From NCBI GenBank assembly GCA_903897805.1, contig CAIUCV010000005.1, forward strand, positions 2,384-66,383: a stretch of DNA of 64,000 nt, written 5' to 3'. A program made the translations under genes and the position numbers. Every line of letters starts with the position of its first letter. Within the stretch, counting starts at the first letter, position 1. This DNA comes from Candidatus Yanofskybacteria bacterium (lineage in GTDB: Bacteria > Patescibacteriota > Minisyncoccia > 2-02-FULL-40-12 > IGHO2-01-FULL-4-A). A model generated the notes under the pieces. It worked only from the letters and a program-made list of their open reading frames with translations, had not been told where the DNA came from and did no database searches. Below, piece after piece: positions 20,091 through 29,350 of this stretch.

Positions 20091-20122
20091 GGCCTGTGCT
20101 GCAGGGCACAGCCTTTTTTATT
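20091..20122 (+). terminator. Rho-independent terminator (CTGTGC-n6-GCACAG + T6)
   Basis: Seen directly after the IPT/TIG gene stop. Confidence 0.65.
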
Positions 20123-20149
20123 GGGAAAAATTTGTGGCAGCTGTGTTTG

Positions 20150-20178
20150 TTGACAATTTTTATAAAATCAGATACACT
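20150..20178 (+). promoter_or_regulatory. Sigma70-like promoter TTGACA-17-TACACT
   Basis: Upstream of the 20210 start, which has an AAAAAGGAGGTCTT RBS. Confidence 0.45.
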
Positions 20179-20209
20179 TTTAAGAGCTTTGTTGAAAAAA
20201 GGAGGTCTT

Positions 20210-20788
20210 ATGCCAATCCTTACGCTTGAGGAAATGGTCAGTAAGCCAAGGGAAGCAGGAGTTTTTGCAGAGGATAAACGTAAGCCCGTAATCTGCGTGC
20301 TTGATCCAATCGAACTACACCGCCCCTCTCTTGAATATTGGCTGACGGAGATTTCAGAGAGGATAGATTTTTTTTGGCACAGCCAATTTTCCCGCGCTTC
20401 TATAGAAATGGGCGGCATAGACGGCAAAACCGGCCCCAGCTCGATAGCATTTAAAAGGCCATTTCTCATTATTTCCGAATTGGAAGTATTCCCCGACGAG
20501 GGCTATTACGGTTTGACGATACTGGGGAATATCCGGCGATCAACGTTGCTAAAAAACATTCCCTTGATAGTGATTTCCAGCGAGAAATGGATCAAAAAGA
20601 TCAGGAAAGAATCAATGGAAGACCCGGAAAGATTAAGGGCAGACCACGGCTTTATCTGGAGCGATTTAAAAGTACGCTGGTCATTCACTTGGAATGGCCT
20701 GACAAATTACTCCAGCGATCAGTCAGAATTTTTTGACGCCGTTTCTCAGCTACTCGGTCTCAAATCCGGACCAAAAGCGGCCGCGTGA
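20210..20788 (+). CDS. Stand-alone degenerate CheY-like receiver (REC) domain protein; start trimmed to the RBS-supported ATG
   Basis: beta-alpha pattern VICVLDP...FLIISELEVFPDEGYYGL...IPLIVISSE resembles a receiver fold with a substituted acidic pocket. The track ORF's 5' extension overlaps a terminator and is unlikely. Confidence 0.4.
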   Translation: MPILTLEEMVSKPREAGVFAEDKRKPVICVLDPIELHRPSLEYWLTEISERIDFFWHSQFSRASIEMGGIDGKTGPSSIAFKRPFLIISELEVFPDEGYYGLTILGNIRRSTLLKNIPLIVISSEKWIKKIRKESMEDPERLRADHGFIWSDLKVRWSFTWNGLTNYSSDQSEFFDAVSQLLGLKSGPKAAA

Positions 20789-20808
20789 GCAAACGCGGCT
20801 TTTAAATT
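20780..20808 (+). terminator. Rho-independent terminator overlapping the stop codon (GCCGCGT-GAGCAA-ACGCGGC + T-run)
   Basis: Seen directly. Confidence 0.6.
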
Positions 20809-20851
20809 ACTTGATTAAGTGTTATTAAGGTTATAAACGCCGTCACGTTTC

Positions 20852-22999
20852 GTGACAGGTCTATCTATAATGGATTTAGCAACTCCAATTGAAAAACTTG
20901 CTCATGTCGGACCAAAAAGCCTGTCTCGCCTGAAAAAGCTAGGCATTAAAACGGTAAAAGATTTATTATGGCACTTCCCGGCGCGATACGATGATTTCAG
21001 CGCCATTTTGCCTATCGCTCAAGTTGAAGCGGGAACGATTGTGAATATAAAAGGCAGAATCGTAGATATAAGCACCGCCTCGCTCTGGAGAAGAAGAAGG
21101 ACCGTAACCAATGCCACGGTGGAAGACGAAAGCGGGATAATCCACGTTGCGTGGTTTAATCAGCCATATATTGAGAAATCTTTGCCCGAAGGAACCATGG
21201 TCAGTTTAGCGGGCAAGGCGGCAATGGAAAAAAGGGGGCTTTACCTTTCAAATCCTGCCTACGAGAAAATTTACAGCCGAGAGCTGACGCATACCGGCCG
21301 TCTCGTACCTGTATATCCTGAAACCGAAGGCATTACTTCCAAATATTTGCGATTTCTGATAAAACCGCTTCTTGCGGGCGTAGAAAATTTGCCCGATCCC
21401 CTGCCCGAGGAATTAATAAAGAAGTATAATCTTCCCAATTTAGGAAATGCTTTGCGCTCCATTCATTTTCCAAAAAGAAATAAAGAGGCGGAACTGGCCC
21501 GCCAAAGATTTGCCCTTGAAGAGTTGATACTTTTTCAATTGCGCGTTTTGCGTGACCACAGACAGCTTCAAACTCTGCGGGCCTCCATAATAAATTTTGA
21601 CGAGAAGCTTATTGCCGCTTTTGTAGGCAGGTTGCCCTTCCAATTAACCAATGACCAGCGAATTGCCGCTTATGAAATCCTGCAAGACCTTAAGCGCAAT
21701 TACCCCATGAACCGGCTATTGAATGGCGATGTCGGTTCCGGTAAGACGGTGGTGGCGCTGATTGCGGCTTATCAGACAGTTTCAGCCGGACATCAGGCCG
21801 TCTTTATGGCGCCAACCGAGATTTTGGCCGAGCAACATTTCCGCACCATCAAATTGCTGTTGGATATGCAGAAAACAAGCAGCATCATGGTTGGTTTATT
21901 AACCGGCAGCGGAGCACGCCAATTTCCTACTGACGAGACGATTCAGGAAAAAATCGGCAAAAAATTAATGCTTCAGAAAATTGCCAAGGGACAGATTAAT
22001 ATCATTGTGGGCACTCACGCCGTTATCCAAAAGAATGTTAAATTCAAGGATCTCGGGCTTGTTGTGATTGATGAACAGCACAGATTCGGGGTTGAGCAGA
22101 GAATGAAATTGGTTAAGGGGCAAACCCTGGTTCCTCATCTTCTATCAATGACAGCAACACCCATTCCCCGCACTTTGGCCTTAACAATTTTTGGAGACCT
22201 GGACATCTCTTTGCTCAAAGAAAAGCCCGAGGGGCGGCAGACCATAATCACTAAAGTAATAGCCGCCTCCGAAAGGGAAAAAGCCCACAAGTTTATTGAA
22301 GAGGAAATACAAAAAGGGCGGCAAATTTTTGTGATTTGCCCGAGGATTGAACTTCCCAGCTCCGAAAACGGCGGCAACGGCCAACTGTCAATGAAAAAAC
22401 TACTTTGGGCGGAAGTAAGAGCCGTAGCCGAGGAATACAAGAAACTTGCCGAGAATATTTTCCCCCACCGCCACGTGGCCATGCTTCACGGCAAAATGAA
22501 AGCGGCCGATAAGAATAAAATTATGGAGGATTTTGAAAACGGGCATCACGATGTCTTGGTCTCCACTTCAGTAGTTGAGGTGGGCGTGGACATACCTAAC
22601 GCCAGCATTATGATGATTGAGTCGGCGGAGAGATTCGGTTTGGCCCAGTTGCACCAATTCAGGGGGCGAGTCGGCCGTGGCGAGCACCAGTCCTATTGTT
22701 TGTTGTTTACTGATTCGGACACTGCTTTGGCCAATCGGCGATTACGCGCTCTTGAGAAAACCAATAATGGCTTTGAACTCGCTGAGATGGATTTAAAGAT
22801 CCGCGGGCCGGGAGAATTTACCGGCATTAAGCAATCTGGCATTCCCGATTTTGCCATGGCATCGCTGGCCGATGTTGAACTAATAAAAAAAGCCCGCTTT
22901 GAGGCGAAGCTGTTGCTTAAAAAAGACCCGGCTTTGAAAAACTACCCCCTGCTCTTGACTCGATTAGCCCAGATGCAGAGGGTAGTTCATTTTGAGTAG
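20852..22999 (+). CDS. recG: ATP-dependent DNA helicase RecG
   Basis: Wedge-domain N-terminus, Walker A GDVGSGKTVVA, DEQHRFGV box, 715 aa. The start is GTG at 20852 or ATG at 20868. Confidence 0.85.
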   Translation: MTGLSIMDLATPIEKLAHVGPKSLSRLKKLGIKTVKDLLWHFPARYDDFSAILPIAQVEAGTIVNIKGRIVDISTASLWRRRRTVTNATVEDESGIIHVAWFNQPYIEKSLPEGTMVSLAGKAAMEKRGLYLSNPAYEKIYSRELTHTGRLVPVYPETEGITSKYLRFLIKPLLAGVENLPDPLPEELIKKYNLPNLGNALRSIHFPKRNKEAELARQRFALEELILFQLRVLRDHRQLQTLRASIINFDEKLIAAFVGRLPFQLTNDQRIAAYEILQDLKRNYPMNRLLNGDVGSGKTVVALIAAYQTVSAGHQAVFMAPTEILAEQHFRTIKLLLDMQKTSSIMVGLLTGSGARQFPTDETIQEKIGKKLMLQKIAKGQINIIVGTHAVIQKNVKFKDLGLVVIDEQHRFGVEQRMKLVKGQTLVPHLLSMTATPIPRTLALTIFGDLDISLLKEKPEGRQTIITKVIAASEREKAHKFIEEEIQKGRQIFVICPRIELPSSENGGNGQLSMKKLLWAEVRAVAEEYKKLAENIFPHRHVAMLHGKMKAADKNKIMEDFENGHHDVLVSTSVVEVGVDIPNASIMMIESAERFGLAQLHQFRGRVGRGEHQSYCLLFTDSDTALANRRLRALEKTNNGFELAEMDLKIRGPGEFTGIKQSGIPDFAMASLADVELIKKARFEAKLLLKKDPALKNYPLLLTRLAQMQRVVHFE

Positions 23000-23065
23000 C
23001 CGCGAGTTAATTACCCCGATTTTGAAAGTTAAAAACCGCCATTGCTGGCGGGGATATACCATTGT

Positions 23066-23533
23066 TTAGTGATTAAAGTATTCTCGTTTAAAGGCGTAAT
23101 GGCACGCGCCCACAAGATTGCTGAAGAAATCAAGGCAAACTTCAGCGTTTTCTTTTTGATTGCTAAAATCGATTGCCGGATCCGGATTAATAAGAGACAG
23201 TAAGTTCCGTCTTATTTCCACCAGCCGGTTTTTATAGCCGCCATTTTTAACTGTTTTTTCAAAGACCAAGTAGTGCTCATGGCACAGGCGAGTTTCTAGG
23301 TCGCCATAACCGTAACTCGGCCACTTCTCGCCTCTTTTCCGCCAGCCATTCACAGTTTCTTTGAATTCAGGGGCAAACTCGGCCCCCAGCCAGACCATTA
23401 AATCCGCGGCTGACTTCATTTTTTCTTCCAGTTTTTTAACTTCCTTTCTCTGCAGAAAGCCAAGGAGGGCATCTACGACATTTTGACAGTACAGCATCAG
23501 CCCCAAGAGATCCATCTGTTTTCTGGTGGTCAT
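23066..23533 (-). CDS. Hypothetical protein, paralog 1 of a tandem pair (start trimmed to the ATG that forms ATGA with the upstream stop)
   Basis: Shares an N-terminal hydrophobic motif (ADL.V..GA), P[PS]YG[FY] and downstream motifs with the adjacent gene. Confidence 0.45.
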   Translation of the reverse strand: MTTRKQMDLLGLMLYCQNVVDALLGFLQRKEVKKLEEKMKSAADLMVWLGAEFAPEFKETVNGWRKRGEKWPSYGYGDLETRLCHEHYLVFEKTVKNGGYKNRLVEIRRNLLSLINPDPAIDFSNQKENAEVCLDFFSNLVGACHYAFKREYFNH

Positions 23534-24036
23534 TTCTTTCCCCCTTTTGGTTTTTTGCTTTTTCCCTCCAGAAGTTTTAAGATTCCCCGCGGAATCCCAA
23601 TGATGGGTGGGAAGTAAGAATAATACAAACAATGGTCATGAAGGTCGCTAAATAATTTCATGCAATATCCCGCCGCCTTCCTCCTTTGCTCGGTGGCGAG
23701 CCGTAAATCCAAGATTCGGGGAAGCGTTTTCTTAGTTTGGAGCAACCTCTTTTTGTGGTTCTTAAGAAAATTTTGAGCAACAACAAACTGTTCGTAAGTC
23801 AATCTGCATTTCTTGCCCCTAAAACCATATGGCGGCAAATCAAATCCGTCTTTCTTCATTTGCTTTAGACTTCGCTCTGGATAACAACTCAAGAAACCAA
23901 TGGCAGCGCCTACTCTTACCCAAAGGTCGGCGCCAGATTGATCTTCATCACAAAATTTTACCAGCACCTGGTTTATTGCGGTGCAGAATAAAGCCAAACT
24001 CAACATATCAGCTCCTACATTGCGTCCGCAGCCCAT
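23530..24036 (-). CDS. Hypothetical protein, paralog 2 of a tandem pair
   Basis: RBS GGGGGG before ATG; 4-nt ATGA overlap with the downstream paralog. Confidence 0.45.
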   Translation of the reverse strand: MGCGRNVGADMLSLALFCTAINQVLVKFCDEDQSGADLWVRVGAAIGFLSCYPERSLKQMKKDGFDLPPYGFRGKKCRLTYEQFVVAQNFLKNHKKRLLQTKKTLPRILDLRLATEQRRKAAGYCMKLFSDLHDHCLYYSYFPPIIGIPRGILKLLEGKSKKPKGGKK

Positions 24037-24082
24037 AAACCCCCCTGTTTATAAAAGAACCTTTTCAAATCTACCACAACCA

Positions 24083-24107
24083 AAAATCCCCGCAAGGCGG
24101 GGATTTT
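24083..24107. terminator. Perfect palindromic bidirectional terminator AAAATCCCCGC-aag-GCGGGGATTTT
   Basis: Flanked by A- and T-runs; ~120 nt downstream of the GT2 gene stop on the minus strand. Confidence 0.7.
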
Positions 24108-24228
24108 ATCCCTTCCTAATTTTAGGAGTCACCACAAAAACGTCGCGGACCCCACCCTCTCCTTTCAGTTGAGGTTCCCATCCCGCTCCTTGAAACCTAG
24201 TGGTTTCAATTCTTCCCCTATCGGGGAA

Positions 24229-25833
24229 CTACTGTTCCCCGACCCCTTCCCTAGATTTTGGAGTTACCCAAAACCCCATATATTTACCGAACATTAGCCG
24301 GGTTTGGGCGTCTAATGCCGGCAGGGCCCCCAAGATGATGGTGATTATCGGGAAGAGTATCCATTGCAGGAGCATCCAGACGTATTTGAATTTACCATAT
24401 TTTGGCGGGCGCGGAGGCAAAATCATAATTGAAAAGATTGCCGTTGTTACCAAACCCACGGTAGCCAGGGTCATAATCGTGCGGGTTAAGCTGGGGAGGT
24501 TGAAAGATAAGACAGTTCGGTTGAATTCGTTGCCGCCAAAAACCACAGGTAGCCAGCCGAGTAAAAAGATGACAAGGGCGTTAGTCGCCCATGACCAAAA
24601 GCCCTCAAGCTGGGTGGAAAGGAGGAAGAATTTTTTGAATTTCGGCACCGCCTTGTTTTTGTGAAAGCCGAAAAGCAAGTAAGGGACACTTTCTACGCCC
24701 CAAGCCCAGCGCCTTTGCTGTTTGTAGACGTTTGCTATCGTTTTCCAGAATGTCGGTGCGACATTGGCGTCCATGGTTACCGGATAAAAGAGCGGTTCAA
24801 CCCGATAGTTGCCGTCGTAGCGCAGGAGGCACTGCATGAAAATTCTTGAGTCCTCCGAAACCATATTCGTCTGCCAGAAATCAACATCAACAAGCGCCTG
24901 AAAGGGCATTGAGTGGCTGGAAAAAGTGGTGGCGGCCTCTACTCTTTCCTGCAATATCATATACCAGAAAGTTGACGAGAAAGCGATGATTCTTGCAAAA
25001 GACGGAGCCTCCCAGATATTGTTGGTATAAAAAGGCACCGGTTGGTACGAGGCGTGCAGCGGGTCGCGGGCCGTCAGATAAACATATGCCAATCGTCCAA
25101 AATATTCGGGGAATATGATAGTGTCAATGTCAAATGCCGACGCTATCATATGGCTATAGGGCACACCCATTTTGTCAACGATTTCTCTTTTTACGTGTTT
25201 TCCAGCCCAAGTGATATTTGCTCCTTTGCCGGCCAGCTCGCCTGTTATATACGACGGATGTTGGACTATAAGCAATTTGAAAAATTCGTTTTGAAACTTT
25301 GAATTAATTAAACGAGCAACTTCTTCATTGAACTCCCGGCCGGCACTTTCTTCTTGGGTTAGGATAACAATCATTTTGCTCTTCGGGTAATTAGCTCCGA
25401 TGAGGCCGTTAAGGGCGGCGCTGATAACTTCTATTCTCTCCTTATAAGTCGGGAGAATGATCAGATGGAAAATTTCTTGCCATGACTTGACTGCAGGTAG
25501 GCTGTATTCGGCGGGAGATAGCCGTTCCAATCTTTCCAACCAATTAACTTTCATATTCTTGCGCACGTGCCCAAAAGCAACGCGGAAGTGCAGAGTCATA
25601 TAGACCACTCTTGTCAGCCAGTAAATGTCAAAGACGATAATAAAAAGCGCAATTGCCACCGGTTGGGCAAAGGACAGAAAAAACACCAGTGCCAATGTGG
25701 CCCACGATAAAAATCCCGGCAGGATTTCAAAAAGTCGGTAAAGCCTCCTTTCGCTTTTTTTCGTCAGATCAGTATATTTGCCTACTCTTGTGTAATAGTG
25801 ACTAGTATCCAAGTTATTGAAAAAGGGGCGCAT
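24229..25833 (-). CDS. Processive family-2 glycosyltransferase (cellulose/chitin-synthase-like), polytopic membrane
   Basis: QQRRWAWG (QxxRW) motif, VSEDSR (ED) motif, and TM helices at both ends. Confidence 0.7.
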   Translation of the reverse strand: MRPFFNNLDTSHYYTRVGKYTDLTKKSERRLYRLFEILPGFLSWATLALVFFLSFAQPVAIALFIIVFDIYWLTRVVYMTLHFRVAFGHVRKNMKVNWLERLERLSPAEYSLPAVKSWQEIFHLIILPTYKERIEVISAALNGLIGANYPKSKMIVILTQEESAGREFNEEVARLINSKFQNEFFKLLIVQHPSYITGELAGKGANITWAGKHVKREIVDKMGVPYSHMIASAFDIDTIIFPEYFGRLAYVYLTARDPLHASYQPVPFYTNNIWEAPSFARIIAFSSTFWYMILQERVEAATTFSSHSMPFQALVDVDFWQTNMVSEDSRIFMQCLLRYDGNYRVEPLFYPVTMDANVAPTFWKTIANVYKQQRRWAWGVESVPYLLFGFHKNKAVPKFKKFFLLSTQLEGFWSWATNALVIFLLGWLPVVFGGNEFNRTVLSFNLPSLTRTIMTLATVGLVTTAIFSIMILPPRPPKYGKFKYVWMLLQWILFPIITIILGALPALDAQTRLMFGKYMGFWVTPKSREGVGEQ

Positions 25834-25860
25834 GCCCCAGACATTTATTACGATACCGCG

Positions 25861-26895
25861 CTAGGCGCCTAAAGACAAGGCGAAACGATACAACCCTTCG
25901 GTCATATCCATAGTGCCGGATTTGGCGCTTGTCTCGGTTTGGGCAAGCGTAGCAAACGCGCGTTTCAACTCGTCTTGGTCAAATTTTTTGCACTGCTCGT
26001 ACGTTTTTTTTACAACATAGGGATTTAAACCGGTTTTTTTGATTATATTGGCATAGGGCACGGCATTTTTTATGAGAGTTTTAATCCTCAAAAGATTTCG
26101 GAACTGAAAGATAATCATGGAGAAAATATAATAAGGGTCAGCTCCCGATTCCAGGTGATTGTAAAGCATAGTTAGGGCCCTGTACCGGTTTTTACCTGCT
26201 ATGGCGTCAATGACTTCAAAAATATTTAAATTTACATTGGGCCCCACAAGCGACTCTATATCGGAAACGTTTATAGCTTCGTCTTTTGCGTGGCCGCTAT
26301 TGTCCCCGGCCGATTTATAATTTACCAACTTGTCTATTTCTTGTTTTAATCTCCAAGCAGCCGTTGGATCTGAAAGTTTATCCCAGCTGGCGGGGTTTGC
26401 CGTATAAGAAATTAATTTTCTTAAAGCCGCCGGTTCAATTTTACCACCCGATGCCTCTATCTCTTTTTTCACCCAGTTTTCTAACTGCCCCCTCTCCAGC
26501 GGTTCAAAAAATTTAATAATATTCGGTTTTGCCGACAATAAGTTGAATAGTTTTTTGTCTTTTTTGGCCAGTTCTTTTTCTTCCGAATTCTCAGTAAAAA
26601 CTAAAATCCTTTCCTTGTCGGCGTCCAATTTCCAATTTGTTATCAAACCGGCTATTTCTTCCCCAGCCGAAAAGGCGCTCTTCAATACGATTAATCTTTT
26701 TTCGCCAAAAAAGGATGCGGTTTTTATCAAGTCGTTTAATTTTCCCAATTGATGTTTTATGCCACTTTGAGCGTCGGGGCCGAAATCAAGAATCGAAAAA
26801 CTCATACCAGTATTTTTCTTCTGGTATCCGGCTATGATTTTATCCAGATTTTGCTTAAGCCGGTAACTGTCCCGGCCGTAAAGGAAAATAATCAT
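25861..26895 (-). CDS. holA: DNA polymerase III delta subunit (HolA)-like
   Basis: N-terminal MIIFLYGRDSYRLKQNLDKII pattern and ~340 aa length typical of HolA; no other motif. Confidence 0.5.
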   Translation of the reverse strand: MIIFLYGRDSYRLKQNLDKIIAGYQKKNTGMSFSILDFGPDAQSGIKHQLGKLNDLIKTASFFGEKRLIVLKSAFSAGEEIAGLITNWKLDADKERILVFTENSEEKELAKKDKKLFNLLSAKPNIIKFFEPLERGQLENWVKKEIEASGGKIEPAALRKLISYTANPASWDKLSDPTAAWRLKQEIDKLVNYKSAGDNSGHAKDEAINVSDIESLVGPNVNLNIFEVIDAIAGKNRYRALTMLYNHLESGADPYYIFSMIIFQFRNLLRIKTLIKNAVPYANIIKKTGLNPYVVKKTYEQCKKFDQDELKRAFATLAQTETSAKSGTMDMTEGLYRFALSLGA

Positions 26896-27899
26896 GGTAA
26901 ATGAGCATCAATCTCCACCCAGATGGAGCCGGGCGCGAAATCGATTTCTTTCCCATCTTTATCGTAGAAAAACATCTTGGCATGATCATCTTTTTTTCCC
27001 CAGCTGCCGTTAATAACGATGCCGTCCTTATAAACTGTGGCGGAGCCAGAGCCAACCGTCTTAACCCGAATATAATCTTTGTTTATCGGCGACCAGGTTG
27101 TCTCCATAATGACGACGTTTTTTACTGCGACTTGCTCGCCGGTATTTTTATCCATCTCTGCCTTGCCGCTACGAGACCTGAAGTAGGAATTAGCCTCTTT
27201 ATTATATTTCCACACCACCTCAAACCCCTTGTTAAAAACAGCTGGCGGTTCAACATAATTTTCTTGCCCTTCCGTAGCTTTACGCGAAGGAGGGTCGTGC
27301 GGGTAGCTTACTTTTGCCCCCTCAAGATTATAGCCAAGCTTTGTAGCAATTTCGGTTAATAGGTCAAAATTCGTGAAGGAATTGTGGGGCCTTGGAATCC
27401 CCGCTTTTCTAAAATAATAAGTCCCGTCATATTTAAGCCCATCAATATTATCAATAACCCCGCCGTTCAGTTCTTCTAGGACCTCTTGTTCGCCGCCAAA
27501 GTGAGCATAGATTGCATCTAGCCCCAGCGCCAACGGCACAAAATCAAGTCGCGAAGAGCGCACCGAACCTACCTCTTTGGGCCTGCCGCACTGAAACACG
27601 GCCATCATCCGGGTAAAGCCATTATCTACCACCGGCATCTCAAAAACCATGTCGGCTTCGCCAATCCCAGACAGCGGTCTTGCTTCAGCATCCGATGATA
27701 TCATCACTGCAAACGGCCGTGCTCCGGCGTTCTCGCATTCCTCTCCTGAAATCGAGCTTATTTTCTTCTCCTTTTCCGTGCCGGATATGCCGTAGACATT
27801 AAATTCATTTTTATACCCGATTAAAAAAATTCCAACCCCGATGACAACTGCGATTACACCAATCCAGATGTATAATTTTTTCTTTGAAATTTTATTCAT
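26892..27899 (-). CDS. DUF3048 domain lipoprotein-like protein
   Basis: N-terminal TM/signal; PLSGIGEADMVFEMPVVDNGFTRMMAVF matches the DUF3048 N-terminal signature. Confidence 0.55.
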   Translation of the reverse strand: MNKISKKKLYIWIGVIAVVIGVGIFLIGYKNEFNVYGISGTEKEKKISSISGEECENAGARPFAVMISSDAEARPLSGIGEADMVFEMPVVDNGFTRMMAVFQCGRPKEVGSVRSSRLDFVPLALGLDAIYAHFGGEQEVLEELNGGVIDNIDGLKYDGTYYFRKAGIPRPHNSFTNFDLLTEIATKLGYNLEGAKVSYPHDPPSRKATEGQENYVEPPAVFNKGFEVVWKYNKEANSYFRSRSGKAEMDKNTGEQVAVKNVVIMETTWSPINKDYIRVKTVGSGSATVYKDGIVINGSWGKKDDHAKMFFYDKDGKEIDFAPGSIWVEIDAHLP

Positions 27900-28473
27900 T
27901 TTTTGCCAGTTCTAAAACAGAATTCAAAGCGGAAGGTAACTCCGTAACGCCATCACTGCCGCTAAAATGACCCTTGCCGTGTTCAATAATAATTTTTGCG
28001 CCTATTCGCTCTTCCCAGGATTTTTGATTTTCCGGCATCACAAACGGATCGTTGTCAGAAAAAATTGCTATGGCCTTATTAACTGCTTCGCGGATTTTTT
28101 TATCATCTCTCGGTTCATTTACCCATGGCCTGGCGATTCTTTTTTCTTCGTCAGTTTCTAGATTCCGCAAATTATACCATCCGGCAACAAAAACTGCGCC
28201 ACCAATTTTAACGCCGTCTGGCAGTGTCTGCAGGTATCTGATTATGGTTTGACAGCCAATACTGTGGCCAATGAAATAAGTATCTTCATCTGGTTCTCCG
28301 ACCATTTCAGTAAGAAATGAAACCCATTCTTTAATTTTGGGCTCGCTTGGATTTGGCATTGACGGCACAAAAACCTCAAATCCTTTATTCTCCAATTCTT
28401 TTTTAACCCAAGGAAACCATCCCTCTTCAGGATGGCCATCCCAGCCATGAATTACAAAAACTCTTTTTATCAT
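27892..28473 (-). CDS. Alpha/beta serine hydrolase, RBBP9/YdeN family
   Basis: VIHGWDG...GHSIGC nucleophile elbow; ~190 aa. Confidence 0.6.
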   Translation of the reverse strand: MIKRVFVIHGWDGHPEEGWFPWVKKELENKGFEVFVPSMPNPSEPKIKEWVSFLTEMVGEPDEDTYFIGHSIGCQTIIRYLQTLPDGVKIGGAVFVAGWYNLRNLETDEEKRIARPWVNEPRDDKKIREAVNKAIAIFSDNDPFVMPENQKSWEERIGAKIIIEHGKGHFSGSDGVTELPSALNSVLELAKNE

Positions 28474-29349
28474 AGCCTTTGGTGAACCGGGCAGAAATGC
28501 GCTGACCGGCTGTTGATTTTGATTCTTTTAATAATCCCACCGTCGTGCTTCTGGCATTTCTCGCCGGTTAAATGATACGCCTTCTTTTTGTTTTGATAAC
28601 TGCCCATTTTGCCTTCAAGCGTCCGGTAATCCTGCTCGCTGTCTCCCAATGCGCCGACAGCTTTTTTGAGAACAAAACGGATGTACTTATAAATTACCGC
28701 CAGTTCTTTATCGTTTAGTTTTTCCACGCGTTTTAGCGGATGTATGCCCGCGTACCAGAGGATCTCGTCCGAATAAATATTGCCGATGCCGGAAATTACG
28801 AACTGGTCCATTAATACCTTTTTTATCACTCCCCTCTTTTTGGTCATCAACTCCCTGAATTTTTTAAGGGTAAAATTTTTATCCAGCGGTTCCGGTCCGA
28901 GTTTTTTTATTTCCTTGATTTCACCGATTTTCACAGTGTCAACTAAAAGTACTTTGCCGAACCGCCTCAAGTCGGAAAGGCCGAGCATATAGCCATCGTC
29001 CAAATAGAGTATGAATCTGACGAATCTGTTTTGAGGGTCAGATTTTATGGGACCCTCCATGGTCGTCACAGGTTTATTGTTCTCTATTTCCCATTTCCCA
29101 TATAGCAAATGACCGGAAATTTTCTGATGGATAAGCAAGGTTTTGTTTCCAGAAAGGTCGATCATAATGTATTTCGCCCTCCGACGAGCTCGCAAAATTT
29201 TCCGATGTCGGACGTCGGAAATAAAACCTTTCAAAGCATGGGTCTTAATCATTTTGGACCAATCCGTCCAGGCGTCCAAAATCTTCAGTCCAACGACTTT
29301 TTTGTTTAACCCACGAACTATAGTTTCTACTTCTGGTAATTCCGGCACG
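28470..29349 (-). CDS. mutM: Formamidopyrimidine-DNA glycosylase (Fpg/Nei family); GTG start giving N-terminal PELPEVE
   Basis: The catalytic Pro2 requires the start at the GTG preceding PELPEVE. C-terminal zinc finger C..C...CPVHQ. Confidence 0.75.
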
Positions 29350-29350
29350 A

